Shown: positions 52,764 to 63,625 of the stretch, piece after piece
Layout: the number at the start of each line of letters is the position of its first letter
How positions within the stretch are numbered: position 1 is the first letter of the stretch
Origin: an uncultured Chthonomonadaceae bacterium
GTDB lineage: Bacteria; Armatimonadota; Chthonomonadetes; Chthonomonadales; Chthonomonadaceae
Direction of reading: 5' to 3'
Assembly: GCA_963835065.1 (NCBI GenBank)
Contig: CAWIEK010000001.1
Location: 128,001-192,000, forward strand
Length of the DNA stretch: 64,000 bases
The notes under the pieces: generated by a model
Seen by the model: only the letters and a program-made list of their open reading frames with translations
Databases searched by the model: none
Told to the model about the DNA's origin: nothing
Made by a program: the position numbers and the translations under genes

Positions 52764-53158
52764 TTTGCAGGAGACTGCCGGGTTGATAACGCATATCCGC
52801 GCTGGCTTTTTAAATGGCGAAGAGGCCAGTAATTAGAAGAACGTTTGAAGCGTAAGACGCTGCCAAAGAAATTCATAATTTGATAATTTAAAATTTTTAG
52901 ATAAATATCGCGCTAATTCATTCAAACATGTGGCATACTTAGCGTAGTTATTTAATAAACCTTCTTGGTTTGCGCTATTCGTCTTTAACATGCTCCTGGG
53001 GCAAATCACCTTATCTATCTGATCTGGCGAAATCTTCCTCTTTTTCGCAGATTACCTGCTTATGCATTGATCTCCTGTTTTCGTGAGCGAATTAGTACTC
53101 CAGGTATAACAGGTATAAGACGTATCGCTGCTCGGTCTATATTTTTCGATGAGGAAAA

Positions 53159-53737
53159 ATGAACATGATTAAATATTTGGGGCTAAAGTGGACGGCCACT
53201 ATGATTGGACTGCTTCCCATTTTCTTGGCATTATTTTTGATGCTTAACGGATGTGGCTCTGGTGGCAGCAGTACCACAATTTTAGTTTTCGGGTATCGTC
53301 AATTGCCCGGGTCGGGAACACAAGTTCCCTTGCAAACTGATCCGGCTCCTACTCTCTCCATAACTCGGCCCCCGTTTTCTGCGGGAACAACGCCAGCGAT
53401 CAGCATCGACTTGGTGACGCCCTACACCGGTCAGGTTCATCCGATGGATAACAGCAATATCTATGAACCTGTGAACCAGTTCGCCTATGGGCGCGTGTTC
53501 AACGTGGATCCCTCTAAGACACGGGTTGTCATCTATGTACAGACCAATCAGCTTTACATTCAGCCCCTCGATAGCTCGTACTGCACTATCTATTCTGGCG
53601 ACACGTGGTATGCGCCTGTACATTCCGGTCGCGTTCTCGCCATGGTAGTGTCGAACGGCTTCCAGGCTCCCGCTACCTACCAGTCTACTCCGGTAGCTGA
53701 TGGTAATTCCATCCTCGCCGTTGCCCAACAGCCTTAA
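53159..53737 (+). CDS. Hypothetical lipoprotein
   Basis: Lipobox LNGC; beta-rich domain. Confidence 0.7.
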   Translation: MNMIKYLGLKWTATMIGLLPIFLALFLMLNGCGSGGSSTTILVFGYRQLPGSGTQVPLQTDPAPTLSITRPPFSAGTTPAISIDLVTPYTGQVHPMDNSNIYEPVNQFAYGRVFNVDPSKTRVVIYVQTNQLYIQPLDSSYCTIYSGDTWYAPVHSGRVLAMVVSNGFQAPATYQSTPVADGNSILAVAQQP

Positions 53738-53766
53738 CGGGCGACAGATTTCTCAAAGGAGAGAAA

Positions 53767-55038
53767 ATGTTTACCTTCCGTTGTTCTCGTGACATCGCGC
53801 GCAGCGGCCTGATAATACCCGGCAGGCTGGGAGTTGCGCGACTTGGAATGCTTTCCGCGATGACGCTCGGCGTATGTGGGTGCGGTGGTGGCGGCAAAAC
53901 CTCCTCAGTGATTCCGTCAACAGGAATTCCGTCAACCCCAACTAAATTGACTGTCACTGCCAAACCTGGCGCTATCACGATCTCGTGGAATGCCAGCGCC
54001 GGGGCGGCTCAGTATCAACTCTACCGCAGTACCCAATCGGGAGCGGAAACTGCCGATGGTAGCCCGACTACGACATTGAGCAGTGTGGAAGCTAGCATCC
54101 CGGCAGGGAAAACCTACTATTACCAGATCGCGGCGATAAATAGCGCTGGACAAAGTGTAAGGTCGAGTGAGGTCTCGGTCACACTACTGGATGCGGTGTA
54201 TGGCCTGAACTTCAGTCCCTATACGCAATCCGGGCAGGACCCGAACAACTCTGCGAGCAGCACAGTCTCGCCCGGACAGGTGGATGCGCTGCTTCAGAAG
54301 ATCAAGGGCTATACGTATTGGATACGTACATTCGGCACTCAAAACGGGCTAGAAGCCATTCCGCTCAAGGCGAAGCAGCAAGGCTTTAGCACGGCAGTAG
54401 GCGCCTACATCGGCACTGATCCGGCGGTCAACAACGCTCAGATCGCAAACTTGATCTCAGCGGCGCAGGCGGGAAACGTAAGCCTTGCCATTGTCGGCAA
54501 CGAGTACCTGCTCGCCAACGACAACAGCCCGAACCCTGATCCCCAAGCCGAATCAAAGTTGATCGCCTACATTCAGCAGGTTAAGGCACAGACGAATATT
54601 AACGTGACTTACGCGGATACATGGGATGAGATTGTCAACAAGCATCCGAACGTGATGAAGGCAGTGGATGTCATCGCCGTAAATATTTATCCGTTTTACG
54701 AGAACGCTACCATTGATCAGGCGCTTGCCAAACTGCAATCGGACTATCAGCTTACCGTTCAGGCAGCAAACGGTAAACAGGTGATTATTACCGAGACTGG
54801 ATGGCCCAGCTCCGGCGCGTCCCCGTCATTTAGCCCCGCCGCCGCGCCTTCGGCAGCGAATGCCGCCAAGTATTTCAACGACGTGGAGAATTGGGCGCGA
54901 ACCTCAAACATTTCTCTGTTCTACTTCTCCGCATTCGATGAGCCTTATAAGGCTAACTACAACGATTATGCGTCGTGGGGTATCTGGGATACCAACGGCA
55001 ATATGAAACCGGGTACGGCCAGCGTATTTTTGCACTGA
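53767..55038 (+). CDS. GH17-like beta-glucan hydrolase lipoprotein with an FN3 domain
   Basis: CGCGGG lipobox; FN3 W.AS.GA..Y..YR; FSPY, IRT, VGNE, IYPF, ITETGWPS, FSAFDEP.K. Confidence 0.85.
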   Translation: MFTFRCSRDIARSGLIIPGRLGVARLGMLSAMTLGVCGCGGGGKTSSVIPSTGIPSTPTKLTVTAKPGAITISWNASAGAAQYQLYRSTQSGAETADGSPTTTLSSVEASIPAGKTYYYQIAAINSAGQSVRSSEVSVTLLDAVYGLNFSPYTQSGQDPNNSASSTVSPGQVDALLQKIKGYTYWIRTFGTQNGLEAIPLKAKQQGFSTAVGAYIGTDPAVNNAQIANLISAAQAGNVSLAIVGNEYLLANDNSPNPDPQAESKLIAYIQQVKAQTNINVTYADTWDEIVNKHPNVMKAVDVIAVNIYPFYENATIDQALAKLQSDYQLTVQAANGKQVIITETGWPSSGASPSFSPAAAPSAANAAKYFNDVENWARTSNISLFYFSAFDEPYKANYNDYASWGIWDTNGNMKPGTASVFLH

Positions 55039-55608
55039 TGGAAGTGTATGATGAGGGTCTATCGTGTGTGCAGGACGGTAAAGCGGCTCATTCCAAGCGC
55101 GTCCCAGAACATTCGTATTGCGCTATCCGCGAGGGGGCAACAGATTGTACAGCAAGATATCTCGCGCCCCCGACCGGTCAGAATAGTTCCACTACGACCT
55201 TCAGCGCTCTTCCTGTCATTTAAGGTTCTTCTCCAGATGCCTGCTCGCTCCACATCCTGATTTGGTTATTGTTTCCATGCTGCTTCTCCCTCTTCTGTCT
55301 GGACTGTCCACAACGTTGCCGGTAGTTTTAATTCTCTTGATTCCCTCTCAGCGACACCATAAATGTAACACACGCCCCGTACTTTGTCAATGCCGACTCC
55401 TATCGCCCGAATTCCTGAAAAATAATGACCTGGCGAATATTCCAAATTATGGCTCTCAAGAAGGATAGTCGCCGGGGTTTGTAGCAATAGCAGGTAGTGG
55501 CGCGGGCCACCGCCGACGAGCGCCTTGAAATCCCGAAACAGAACCGACCCGCGCCGGGCAGTCGTTCAGACGCTCCGGCGTAGAGAAAACTCTTAGCGAG
55601 GAAACCTT

Positions 55609-56593
55609 ATGACGCGATGCAGCCGAAAGCAATTTCTGTCTCTGCTTCTTGTTTGCCTGATCGTTCCCCTCATGGCGTTTTCGCCACGCGAAATGCAGGG
55701 TTACGTATGTCCCCAACCACTTTCCCGCGCAGCCGGACAACCAGCCGATTGGGCCGGTACACGGCGGGGCGGCGGTGGATCGCGCCGGCAATGTCTACAT
55801 CAGCACGGACACCCCGCGCGGCATCCTGGTCTTCGGGCCGGACGGCAAATATCGGCGCTGTTTCGGGCCGGAACAGATTCATGGACTATACCTGACGCGC
55901 GAGCGCGATGGCGAATACCTCTATGCCGCCCGCCCCAATTTCCACGAAGTTCTCAAAATCAAAACCGATGGCACGTCGGCCTGGACGATGGGCTACCCGG
56001 CAGAGGCCGGCATCTACGCCAAAGCCGAGGAGTTCAACCCGACGAATATGGTTGCCCTGCCCGACGGCACGATCTTTGTCGCGGACGGGTACGGCAAGAA
56101 TTACATTCACAAGTACGACCGTGACCGCAAGTACCTGAAGTCGTTCGGCGGGCCGGGGGGAGTGCCGGCGGAAGACGGCAAGTTCAACCGCTGTCACGGC
56201 CTGGCGGTGGACACGCGCGGCCCGAAGCCCCTGCTCATCGTCTGCAACCGCGAGAGTGGCCGCGTGGAGCAATGGGATACGGACGGCAATCTGGTGAAAG
56301 TGCTGCAGCGCAACCTGCGTATGCCGGCAGCCGTTCATGTTGCGGGCGATTACATCGCTGTCGCCGAACTACAGGGGCGCGTCACGATTCTGGGCAAGGA
56401 TAACAGCATCGTCGCCCAGATCGGGGACAATCCCAACACAACCCAACGCGCCAACTTCGGCCTGGAACCGGCGCAGTGGACGGAGGGCATCTGCAACTCT
56501 CCGCACGGTATCTCGTTCGACCGCGCCGGTAATCTGGTCGTTTCCGAGTGGAGCAAATTCGGACGGCTTCACCTGTTCACGATCAAACGCTAG
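55609..56593 (+). CDS. NHL-repeat beta-propeller (peptidylglycine monooxygenase-like), frameshift near 55700
   Basis: Restored IGPVHGGAAVD; IHGL, VADGYG, FNRCHGL, CNRE, PHGI. Confidence 0.82.
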
Positions 56594-56633
56594 CCAGTAC
56601 GCGGTTGCGGCCCCGCCTGAATGGAAGGCATTT

Positions 56634-57753
56634 ATGAAACACGTATCCTGCGGTGTGAAAGGATGGGGCGTCCTGTCGCTCCTTTTCCTGAGCGTTGTTT
56701 CTCATGGAGCGGACACGCCGCCCTTGACAGTCGGCCTCTGGAAGAACATCACGCCTGCGGGCGTCCCCATGAGCGCGGCCAATCATGTGTTTTGTCAGGG
56801 CATGGCTATTGATCCGAAGCGCCCCTCCACGCTGTATCTTTGCGTCTGCGCTTATGAAGCAGCCAAAGGCGGACTGTATAAGACGACCGACCGGGGTTCG
56901 CACTGGTCCCGGATTGGGAACCTGGATGAACCGATCCATATCGCCGTTGACCCGCATCATTCCAACCATTTGTATTGCGTGGACGGGGTACGCGGCTCCA
57001 CGCAGGGGTTCTGGATTTCCACCGATGGCGGCGCTTCCTGGACCTTGCCGCCCGGCTTTGCGGCGGCAACGCAGCCCCCGATAGGAACGCGAGACCTGTA
57101 TTCCCTCGCCGTGGATCCGACGGACTTTCAATCATGTCCTGGTCAGTTTCCATTCGCCCTGGAGGGACTCCAACAATTGTGGCGTTCTGGAAAGCCGTGA
57201 CGGGGGAACCACCTGGATTAGCCATAATCCTCCGGCGGGTTCGGCAGGGGGCTATGGCATGGCGGTGTTCTTCCTGTATGATCCCGCCACCAAACAGGGA
57301 GATAAGAACACATGGCTGTTCACCGCGCAGGCGGGCGGCTTCTATCGAACGACGGACGCGGGTTCCACGTGGTCGCAAGCGTATCCGCTTCAAATGACAC
57401 ATGGCGGCAATCAACTCTATCGCGCCAAAAACGGGGTTCTGTATGCCGGCGCGTATCAATACCCGGTGCGCAGCGTGGACAACGGCGCGAGTTGGCAGCC
57501 GCTTAAGCAGGGGCTTGTGTACAGTTGGTACATGGGCATCTGCGGCGATGGGAAGAATTTGTATACCGGTTGCGTCAACGCCCATCAGCCGTTCTTCACC
57601 TCCCCCGAAAAGGACGGCGTGACCTGGACAGCCTACGGAAACGGGGCGCAGACGTTTTCCGAAGAGCCGTTTGAAATGGGGTACGACGCCGCCAACCATA
57701 TCCTGTATTCGGCCAGTTGGAGCGAGGGCCTGCTCGCCCTCAAAATCAGATAA
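56634..57753 (+). CDS. BNR/Asp-box beta-propeller exported protein, frameshift near 57129
   Basis: TTDRGSHW, STDGGASW, TTDAGSTW, SVDNGASW. Confidence 0.82.
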
Positions 57754-57864
57754 CAGGAAGCGTGGAAGGGGGGTACGCGATTTGCGAACTGCTGCTGAAA
57801 AAGAGCGCGGCCCCGGCACTGCAAAACAAAGCGAGAAACTTTTCAATCCGCCGAAAGATCAGTG

Positions 57865-59400
57865 TCACGGCTTTTGAGACGCGAGTTGTTGAGCGGCAAA
57901 CGGCGGGCGGTACACCCGAATGGCGGCAAGCGGTATCGCGGAACTGCCGCTAATTTCCAGCGTGTGCTTGCCGTTGGTTAATCCCTGCGCGATAGTCATA
58001 GCCGCCTCCATTGTTTTGTCCTGCGTGGCAGGCGCGGTGAACGTATCCTCGAAATGCGGAACCACGTTCCAGTGAACCGTGAACTTGTCCGGCACAGGCT
58101 TGACGCCGGGGAGCATCAGGGAGTATTCCACGTTCCAATCGTCCGGCTCAATCACAATGCGGCCTGAATTGGACACAAACTTCTGGTCGGAACGCCCCGC
58201 GCCATCCATCCCGGTTTTCGATCCCGACAGCGTAAACGTAAATTGTTTCGGGTTCGCCGGGTTTTTCGTTACTTCCATCGTCCATTCTTCCACCAGCAGC
58301 GGTTTTGCCGAACCCACTTGCAATATTACCGGCCACTTGCCTCCGGGCGTAGACAGAGCGCGGGTGAACCCGTACAACTCTGGAATGTCCGAAGGCTTTT
58401 TGCCGTCAATGCGTATGTCGGCGGGCATTCTCACATTGGACTTTGTGACCGCGCGGGTTGCCGAAGCCGTGCTAATTGCCGCCGCATTGATTGTCGCCGT
58501 CGCGCCATTTTTGGCGATTAAATCCACGCGGTTGCCGTCGAAGGGCAGAGTTAATTTGCCGTCTTTCCAGCGAACATCCTTGCCTACCATGTACGTTTGA
58601 ACCGTGTTGCAGCGCATGGGATTAATATGCGTGTCTTTACGGGGCACAAGGTACGCCTTGACCAGTTCGCTCATCAAATAATTGCCGTAAGCGTTCTGGT
58701 GAACGCCGTCCTGAAGCAATTGCGCGGCGTGAACGTTGTTGTCGCGCAGGTACTGCTTCCACAAATTGCGCTGATCCACCATGCCGCAGTCGTACTTTTT
58801 GGCGACAGTGGGCAGGTGCAGGTAGTTCATAAACGAGTTCCAGATTTTGCCGTCCGGGCGCAATTTGGCGGGATCGGTTTCCTCATTCAAGTCTTCGTCG
58901 CGGGTAACGTGATCGGTTTGTATGAGAACTTCGGCAGTCGTGCGTTCCCGTGTTCGGCGTATAATGTCCTCGTACTTGTCGTGCGCCCCATACACATGAA
59001 AAATCATCAGGTCGGGGTAAAACGGGTACAGGTCGGATTCGGCGGTTTTCACCAGCAGTTGCGAGGAAAAGCCGCCAAGCGCGCGGTTTTCAATAATCAA
59101 GTTGGCGTTGGGAAAGCGGCGCTTCAAATCGTCGGCGACATCCTTCCACCAGTATTGTTCCGTAATGGATTGCCCGTAAAACAGGATGCGGACAGTATTA
59201 TGATGCGTGGGGGTACTGGACGCGAGCAGCGTCATGGTGCGCTGGATGTGCAGGCCGAGCGTGGCCGGGTCGCCCACATTCTTCGGCGGCGGATAGGCAT
59301 TTTTCTCCTGCGCCATTGTCGGTACAATGGAACCGGCAAGCAGGCAGGCAAGCGCAAGCCCGGTTCTGACGCCAAAGTAAAGGTTGAATGTTGGCAACAT
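57865..59400 (-). CDS. Exported SGNH/GDSL hydrolase-like protein
   Basis: Signal peptide; FYGQSIT, NRALGG, DGVH. Confidence 0.78.
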   Translation of the reverse strand: MLPTFNLYFGVRTGLALACLLAGSIVPTMAQEKNAYPPPKNVGDPATLGLHIQRTMTLLASSTPTHHNTVRILFYGQSITEQYWWKDVADDLKRRFPNANLIIENRALGGFSSQLLVKTAESDLYPFYPDLMIFHVYGAHDKYEDIIRRTRERTTAEVLIQTDHVTRDEDLNEETDPAKLRPDGKIWNSFMNYLHLPTVAKKYDCGMVDQRNLWKQYLRDNNVHAAQLLQDGVHQNAYGNYLMSELVKAYLVPRKDTHINPMRCNTVQTYMVGKDVRWKDGKLTLPFDGNRVDLIAKNGATATINAAAISTASATRAVTKSNVRMPADIRIDGKKPSDIPELYGFTRALSTPGGKWPVILQVGSAKPLLVEEWTMEVTKNPANPKQFTFTLSGSKTGMDGAGRSDQKFVSNSGRIVIEPDDWNVEYSLMLPGVKPVPDKFTVHWNVVPHFEDTFTAPATQDKTMEAAMTIAQGLTNGKHTLEISGSSAIPLAAIRVYRPPFAAQQLASQKP

Positions 59401-59643
59401 GATTTGTGGTTTCCTTCAAGCGGATGAAAAACATCAGAAAGGTATCTTTTACAGTACCTGATAATACCTGTTCGCAGAGAGTTTCCCGCCGTTGGCAGGA
59501 CGGAAATATTGTTCAAGTGACGCTTTTTGGTGGAAAAAGCACAGGTGCAAAGCGGGAAGTTGTCGAAGATAGTAGTGTTTTGTTGCTGCATAACCGAAGT
59601 CCGTAGGCGTTGTGAACGTAAAATTGTGGAGAGAATAAAGAAG

Positions 59644-62403
59644 ATGCGCCGTACAAACTGTTGGGTCTATTGCTCTGCCATCGTTGTGATTCCTCTTTGG
59701 CTTCAAGCGCAAACCGCGCGGGCGGCTCCACCTCCCAAACCGGCCAAATCCAAGCCGTCTGCCGGACTGCCGCTGAAACTGAAGCCATCGGGCAGGTATG
59801 TGGAAGATTCCAGGCAACCGCCCTTGTTTGCGGCGGCATTGACGGACGATCTGCCGCGCGTCAAGGCGCTGCTGGCGAAAGGGGCCGATCCCAATACGCG
59901 CGACATGGACGGCTCCATGACGGCGCTGATGGCGGCGGCTCTCAACGGCAACGCGCAAATGTGTCGCGTCTTGCTGGACGCGGGCGCGAAAGCCGATCTT
60001 AACGATGGGGATGCGGACAAGAACACCGTGCTGTATTACGCTGCGGGTTCAGGCAACATAGCAGTGGTTCGCTTGTTTCTCACGCCCGGCAGCGACAAGC
60101 CTACGCTCAATCACAGCCTGAGCGCGGCAACAATCGGCGGGCATGAGGACATTCTGAAACTGCTGCTGGCACAGGGCGCCGATCCCAACGCCGAAGGCTG
60201 GGCCGGAACAACGCCGCTCCAATTTGCTGTTGAAGGCAATAACGCCGCCATTGCCAACCTGCTGCTTGACGCCAAAGCCGACCCCAACCTGCGCGATGGG
60301 GAAGGCCAAACGCCGCTGATGCTGGCGGCGGAAAAGTCGCGCCTCGACATGGTCGCCCTGTTGCTTAAACGCGGCGCAAATGTGAACGCCAAGGACGAGC
60401 TGGGCAAAACCGCGCTGCTGTATGCGACGGGCAAACAGCGCGACGCCCTGCGCGCCCTGCTCCTCAACGCGGGAGCCAAAGAATTCCCGCCCAATCTGTT
60501 CGACGCCGCACGGCAAAGCGACATTAAAACCGTTCGCGCGCTGCTGGCAAAGGGCGCGAACCCGAACGAAACCGATGAAAAGGGATGGACGCCCCTGTTC
60601 TATGCGGTGAAATCGGGTGGGATGCGCGATACCAATGTCATTCAGGCGTTGCTGGAAAGCGGCGCAAACCCCAACATTCGCGCCAAAGATGGAGCAACGC
60701 CGCTTTCCTTCGCCAAAACAGTAAATGCTGTGGAACTTCTTCCCCTCCTGCGGCGGGCGGGCGCGGATGCCCCGGAACTTGAGTTGATGGAGGCTCTTAA
60801 AGCCGGGGAAACGGAGCGGTTCAAAGAACTGCTTGCCACGATTCCCGACATCAACGCCAAGAATGAACAAGGCGAGACCGCCCTGACAATGGCCTGCGAC
60901 ATGGGCAGCCACGAAATAATTCAACTGCTGCTGGCAAAGGGCGCGGATGTCAACGCCACGGACAGGCAGAAGTGGACGCCTTTGTTTCATCTTGTCGGAG
61001 GCAGCGATACGGAAGCCGTAAAAGCCCTGCTGGACAGGGGAGCCAACATCAACGCGAAGGACGAAAGCGGGTTGACTCCCCTGATGCTGGCGAACCCCCA
61101 TAGCCTGCCTATGTTTCAACTGCTGCTGGAGCGGGGCGCGGACGTGAACGCCAAAACGGAGCGCGGTCGAAGTGTGCTGACAGGGATGGCCGATACCGCC
61201 GCCCCACAAATCCTGCAATTGCTGTTGAGCAAGGGAGTGGATGTCAACGCGCTGTCGCGGGACGGGGAAACCGCGCTGTCCAGCGCCGTAGGCAGGCTCA
61301 ATCTCGCCAATGTCCGGCTGCTGCTCGATCACAATGCCGATGTCAATGTCGTGGAAAAACTGACGGGAACGACGCTCCTGATGCTCGCGGCGAGAGGCGG
61401 CTACCAACCTGCAAAAGACGATCCTGACGCGCGGGAAAACTTCAAGCCGGAAAACAGCGTTATCATCACCCGCCTGCTGCTGGCAAAAGGCGTGAAGGTA
61501 AACGCCAAAGACAGAATGGGACGGACGGCGCTGGCGATTGCCCGCAAGTCGGAAAATGACGAATTGGCCGCTTTGCTGGTGAAAGCGGGCGCGCAAGCCC
61601 CGCGCTCCTCCCCCGGCAGCGACCTGTACACAGCCGTAGACCGGGATGATATTGTTGCCGCGCAGCAACTGCTCGCGCGCGGAGTTTCCCCCAATACATT
61701 CGATCAGGATGGCTATACGCCCCTGATGCTGACGGCTCTGCGCGGACGGACAATTCTGGTGAAACTGCTGCTGGCGCATGGCGCGCAGCCGGATTTGCAC
61801 AAAGCCCCGGACGCAACTCCCCTGACAATGGCGTGTGAGGAGGGGCATCTGGAAATTGTTCGGCTGCTGATCGGCAAAGGCGCGAATCCCAACATTCGCA
61901 ACGAAATCGGACAAACGCCCCTGATGCTGGCGGCGACAAAGCATCAGGCGGAGGTCTGTCGTCTGCTGCTGGCAAAGGGCGTCAATGTCAATGCCGCAGA
62001 CCTCAGTGGCATGACGCCCTTGATGTACGCCGCGTATACGTCCAACACAACTGTCGCGCAAATCCTGCTGGAGGCCCATGCGCAGGTCAATGCGCGTACG
62101 CGGCAGGGCATAACGGCCTTGATGCTGGCGGCGCAGGCCGGGTTCGAGGATGTTATCAAATTGCTGCTGGCGCATAAAGCCGACGTGGACGCGAAAACGC
62201 CCGAACACGACACCGCGCTGCTGCTGGCGGCGGAACGCGGGCAACTGGAAGCCGCGCGCCTGCTGCTTGCCGCCGGCGCAGACCCCAACGCGCATAACGA
62301 CAACCATGACACGCCGCTATCCCAAGCCGAAAAAGCGGACAACGCCGATCTCATCAGCCTGCTGAAACATCTGGGCGCAAAAGATACGGAGGCAAAGCCA
62401 TGA
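59644..62403 (+). CDS. Exported ankyrin-repeat protein (about 20 repeats)
   Basis: Repeated G.TPLM.AA...LL..GA.VN; signal peptide ending ARA. Confidence 0.92.
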   Translation: MRRTNCWVYCSAIVVIPLWLQAQTARAAPPPKPAKSKPSAGLPLKLKPSGRYVEDSRQPPLFAAALTDDLPRVKALLAKGADPNTRDMDGSMTALMAAALNGNAQMCRVLLDAGAKADLNDGDADKNTVLYYAAGSGNIAVVRLFLTPGSDKPTLNHSLSAATIGGHEDILKLLLAQGADPNAEGWAGTTPLQFAVEGNNAAIANLLLDAKADPNLRDGEGQTPLMLAAEKSRLDMVALLLKRGANVNAKDELGKTALLYATGKQRDALRALLLNAGAKEFPPNLFDAARQSDIKTVRALLAKGANPNETDEKGWTPLFYAVKSGGMRDTNVIQALLESGANPNIRAKDGATPLSFAKTVNAVELLPLLRRAGADAPELELMEALKAGETERFKELLATIPDINAKNEQGETALTMACDMGSHEIIQLLLAKGADVNATDRQKWTPLFHLVGGSDTEAVKALLDRGANINAKDESGLTPLMLANPHSLPMFQLLLERGADVNAKTERGRSVLTGMADTAAPQILQLLLSKGVDVNALSRDGETALSSAVGRLNLANVRLLLDHNADVNVVEKLTGTTLLMLAARGGYQPAKDDPDARENFKPENSVIITRLLLAKGVKVNAKDRMGRTALAIARKSENDELAALLVKAGAQAPRSSPGSDLYTAVDRDDIVAAQQLLARGVSPNTFDQDGYTPLMLTALRGRTILVKLLLAHGAQPDLHKAPDATPLTMACEEGHLEIVRLLIGKGANPNIRNEIGQTPLMLAATKHQAEVCRLLLAKGVNVNAADLSGMTPLMYAAYTSNTTVAQILLEAHAQVNARTRQGITALMLAAQAGFEDVIKLLLAHKADVDAKTPEHDTALLLAAERGQLEAARLLLAAGADPNAHNDNHDTPLSQAEKADNADLISLLKHLGAKDTEAKP

Positions 62404-62456
62404 AGCGTGGAAGGAGGGGGCGGAAACAAGTGGAGGGGAAACAGAGAAAGATAAAG

Positions 62457-63602
62457 ATGAAAAAGAGCCTGGCCGCGCGCGTTTGCAGTCTGGCGCTTCC
62501 GGCAGTGTTCGGCATCGGCGTATGCCTGCTGCCGACAAGCCTCTGCCACGCCTCGCCGCCAAAGAAGGCTGGAGCAAAACCGCGCGCCGCTTCCAAAACG
62601 GATGCGAGTAAAGCCACGCTGCCCCAGCGCCTGATACAGGCCGTTCAGCAGGGCGACGCCGACGAAGTGGAAACTCTGCTGGCAACAGGAGGGAACCCGA
62701 ACGCCGTTGATACTCAGGGCAGGCCGCTGCTGGTACAGGCGGTCTTAAGCGGAAAACCGGACATCATCGGCAACACGGAGAAAATGGGCGACGCGGACAT
62801 CGTACTGCTGCTTCTGGAGCGGGGCGCAAAGATCAATGCGCGCGGACCGAACGGCAATACCGCCTTTGCCCTGTCCGCAACGGTGGGCAACAAAGAGATT
62901 TGCGAACTGCTGATACAGCGCGGAGCCGACATCAACACGGCGGACAACAAAGGGATTACGCCGCTGATGTATGCGGTGGCGCGCTCCAATCTGGACATCG
63001 TAAACCTGCTGCTGACGAAACCGGTCAACATCAATGCCAAAATGCGTGATGGCGTCACCGCGCTTTCCCTGTGTGTCCTGTTGATGCAGGCGCAGGAAGA
63101 GAAGCAGGCAAAGTCGAGACTGTCGGTCCTGCCTTCCGCGCAATTTTTGAAAGATGTGGTTCGGGAAGATATTTTTGTCGCGCTGTTGGAGAAAGACGCG
63201 GATGTGAACGCCCGGCTGACCGACGGCATCACCATTCCGATGCTGGTGGCGGCCATTGGCTCCGATAAGATGCTGCGCCTGACGCTGAACAGGGGCGTGG
63301 ACATCAACGCGCAGGCGGCTGTCGGCACAACCGCGCTGATGGCCGCTGCGGAAACCGGGAACGCGCCCGGCGTGAAAATTCTGCTTGCCGGAGGAGCCGA
63401 CCCCAACATCAAAAACAACGCGGGCGTCACCGCGCTGATGATAGCGGCGCAAAAGGGGCGCTACGTGATTTGCGAACTGCTGCTGAAAAAGGGCGCGGAC
63501 CCGGCCCTGCAAAACAAAGCCGGGGAAACCGCCCGCGCCCTTGCGGAAAACGCGAACCTGACGGGCATCGTCAATCTGCTCAAACAGGCAGAAAAGCCGT
63601 AG
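62457..63602 (+). CDS. Exported ankyrin-repeat protein
   Basis: Signal peptide; repeated G.TALM.AA motifs. Confidence 0.9.
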   Translation: MKKSLAARVCSLALPAVFGIGVCLLPTSLCHASPPKKAGAKPRAASKTDASKATLPQRLIQAVQQGDADEVETLLATGGNPNAVDTQGRPLLVQAVLSGKPDIIGNTEKMGDADIVLLLLERGAKINARGPNGNTAFALSATVGNKEICELLIQRGADINTADNKGITPLMYAVARSNLDIVNLLLTKPVNINAKMRDGVTALSLCVLLMQAQEEKQAKSRLSVLPSAQFLKDVVREDIFVALLEKDADVNARLTDGITIPMLVAAIGSDKMLRLTLNRGVDINAQAAVGTTALMAAAETGNAPGVKILLAGGADPNIKNNAGVTALMIAAQKGRYVICELLLKKGADPALQNKAGETARALAENANLTGIVNLLKQAEKP

Positions 63603-63625
63603 CCGCGTTCGCGGCATTTGCCCTG

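Noticed and set aside
52770..53158. Riboswitch in the long leader of the GH17 cassette
   Set aside because: No recognisable c-di-GMP, TPP, SAM or cobalamin consensus could be found by eye.
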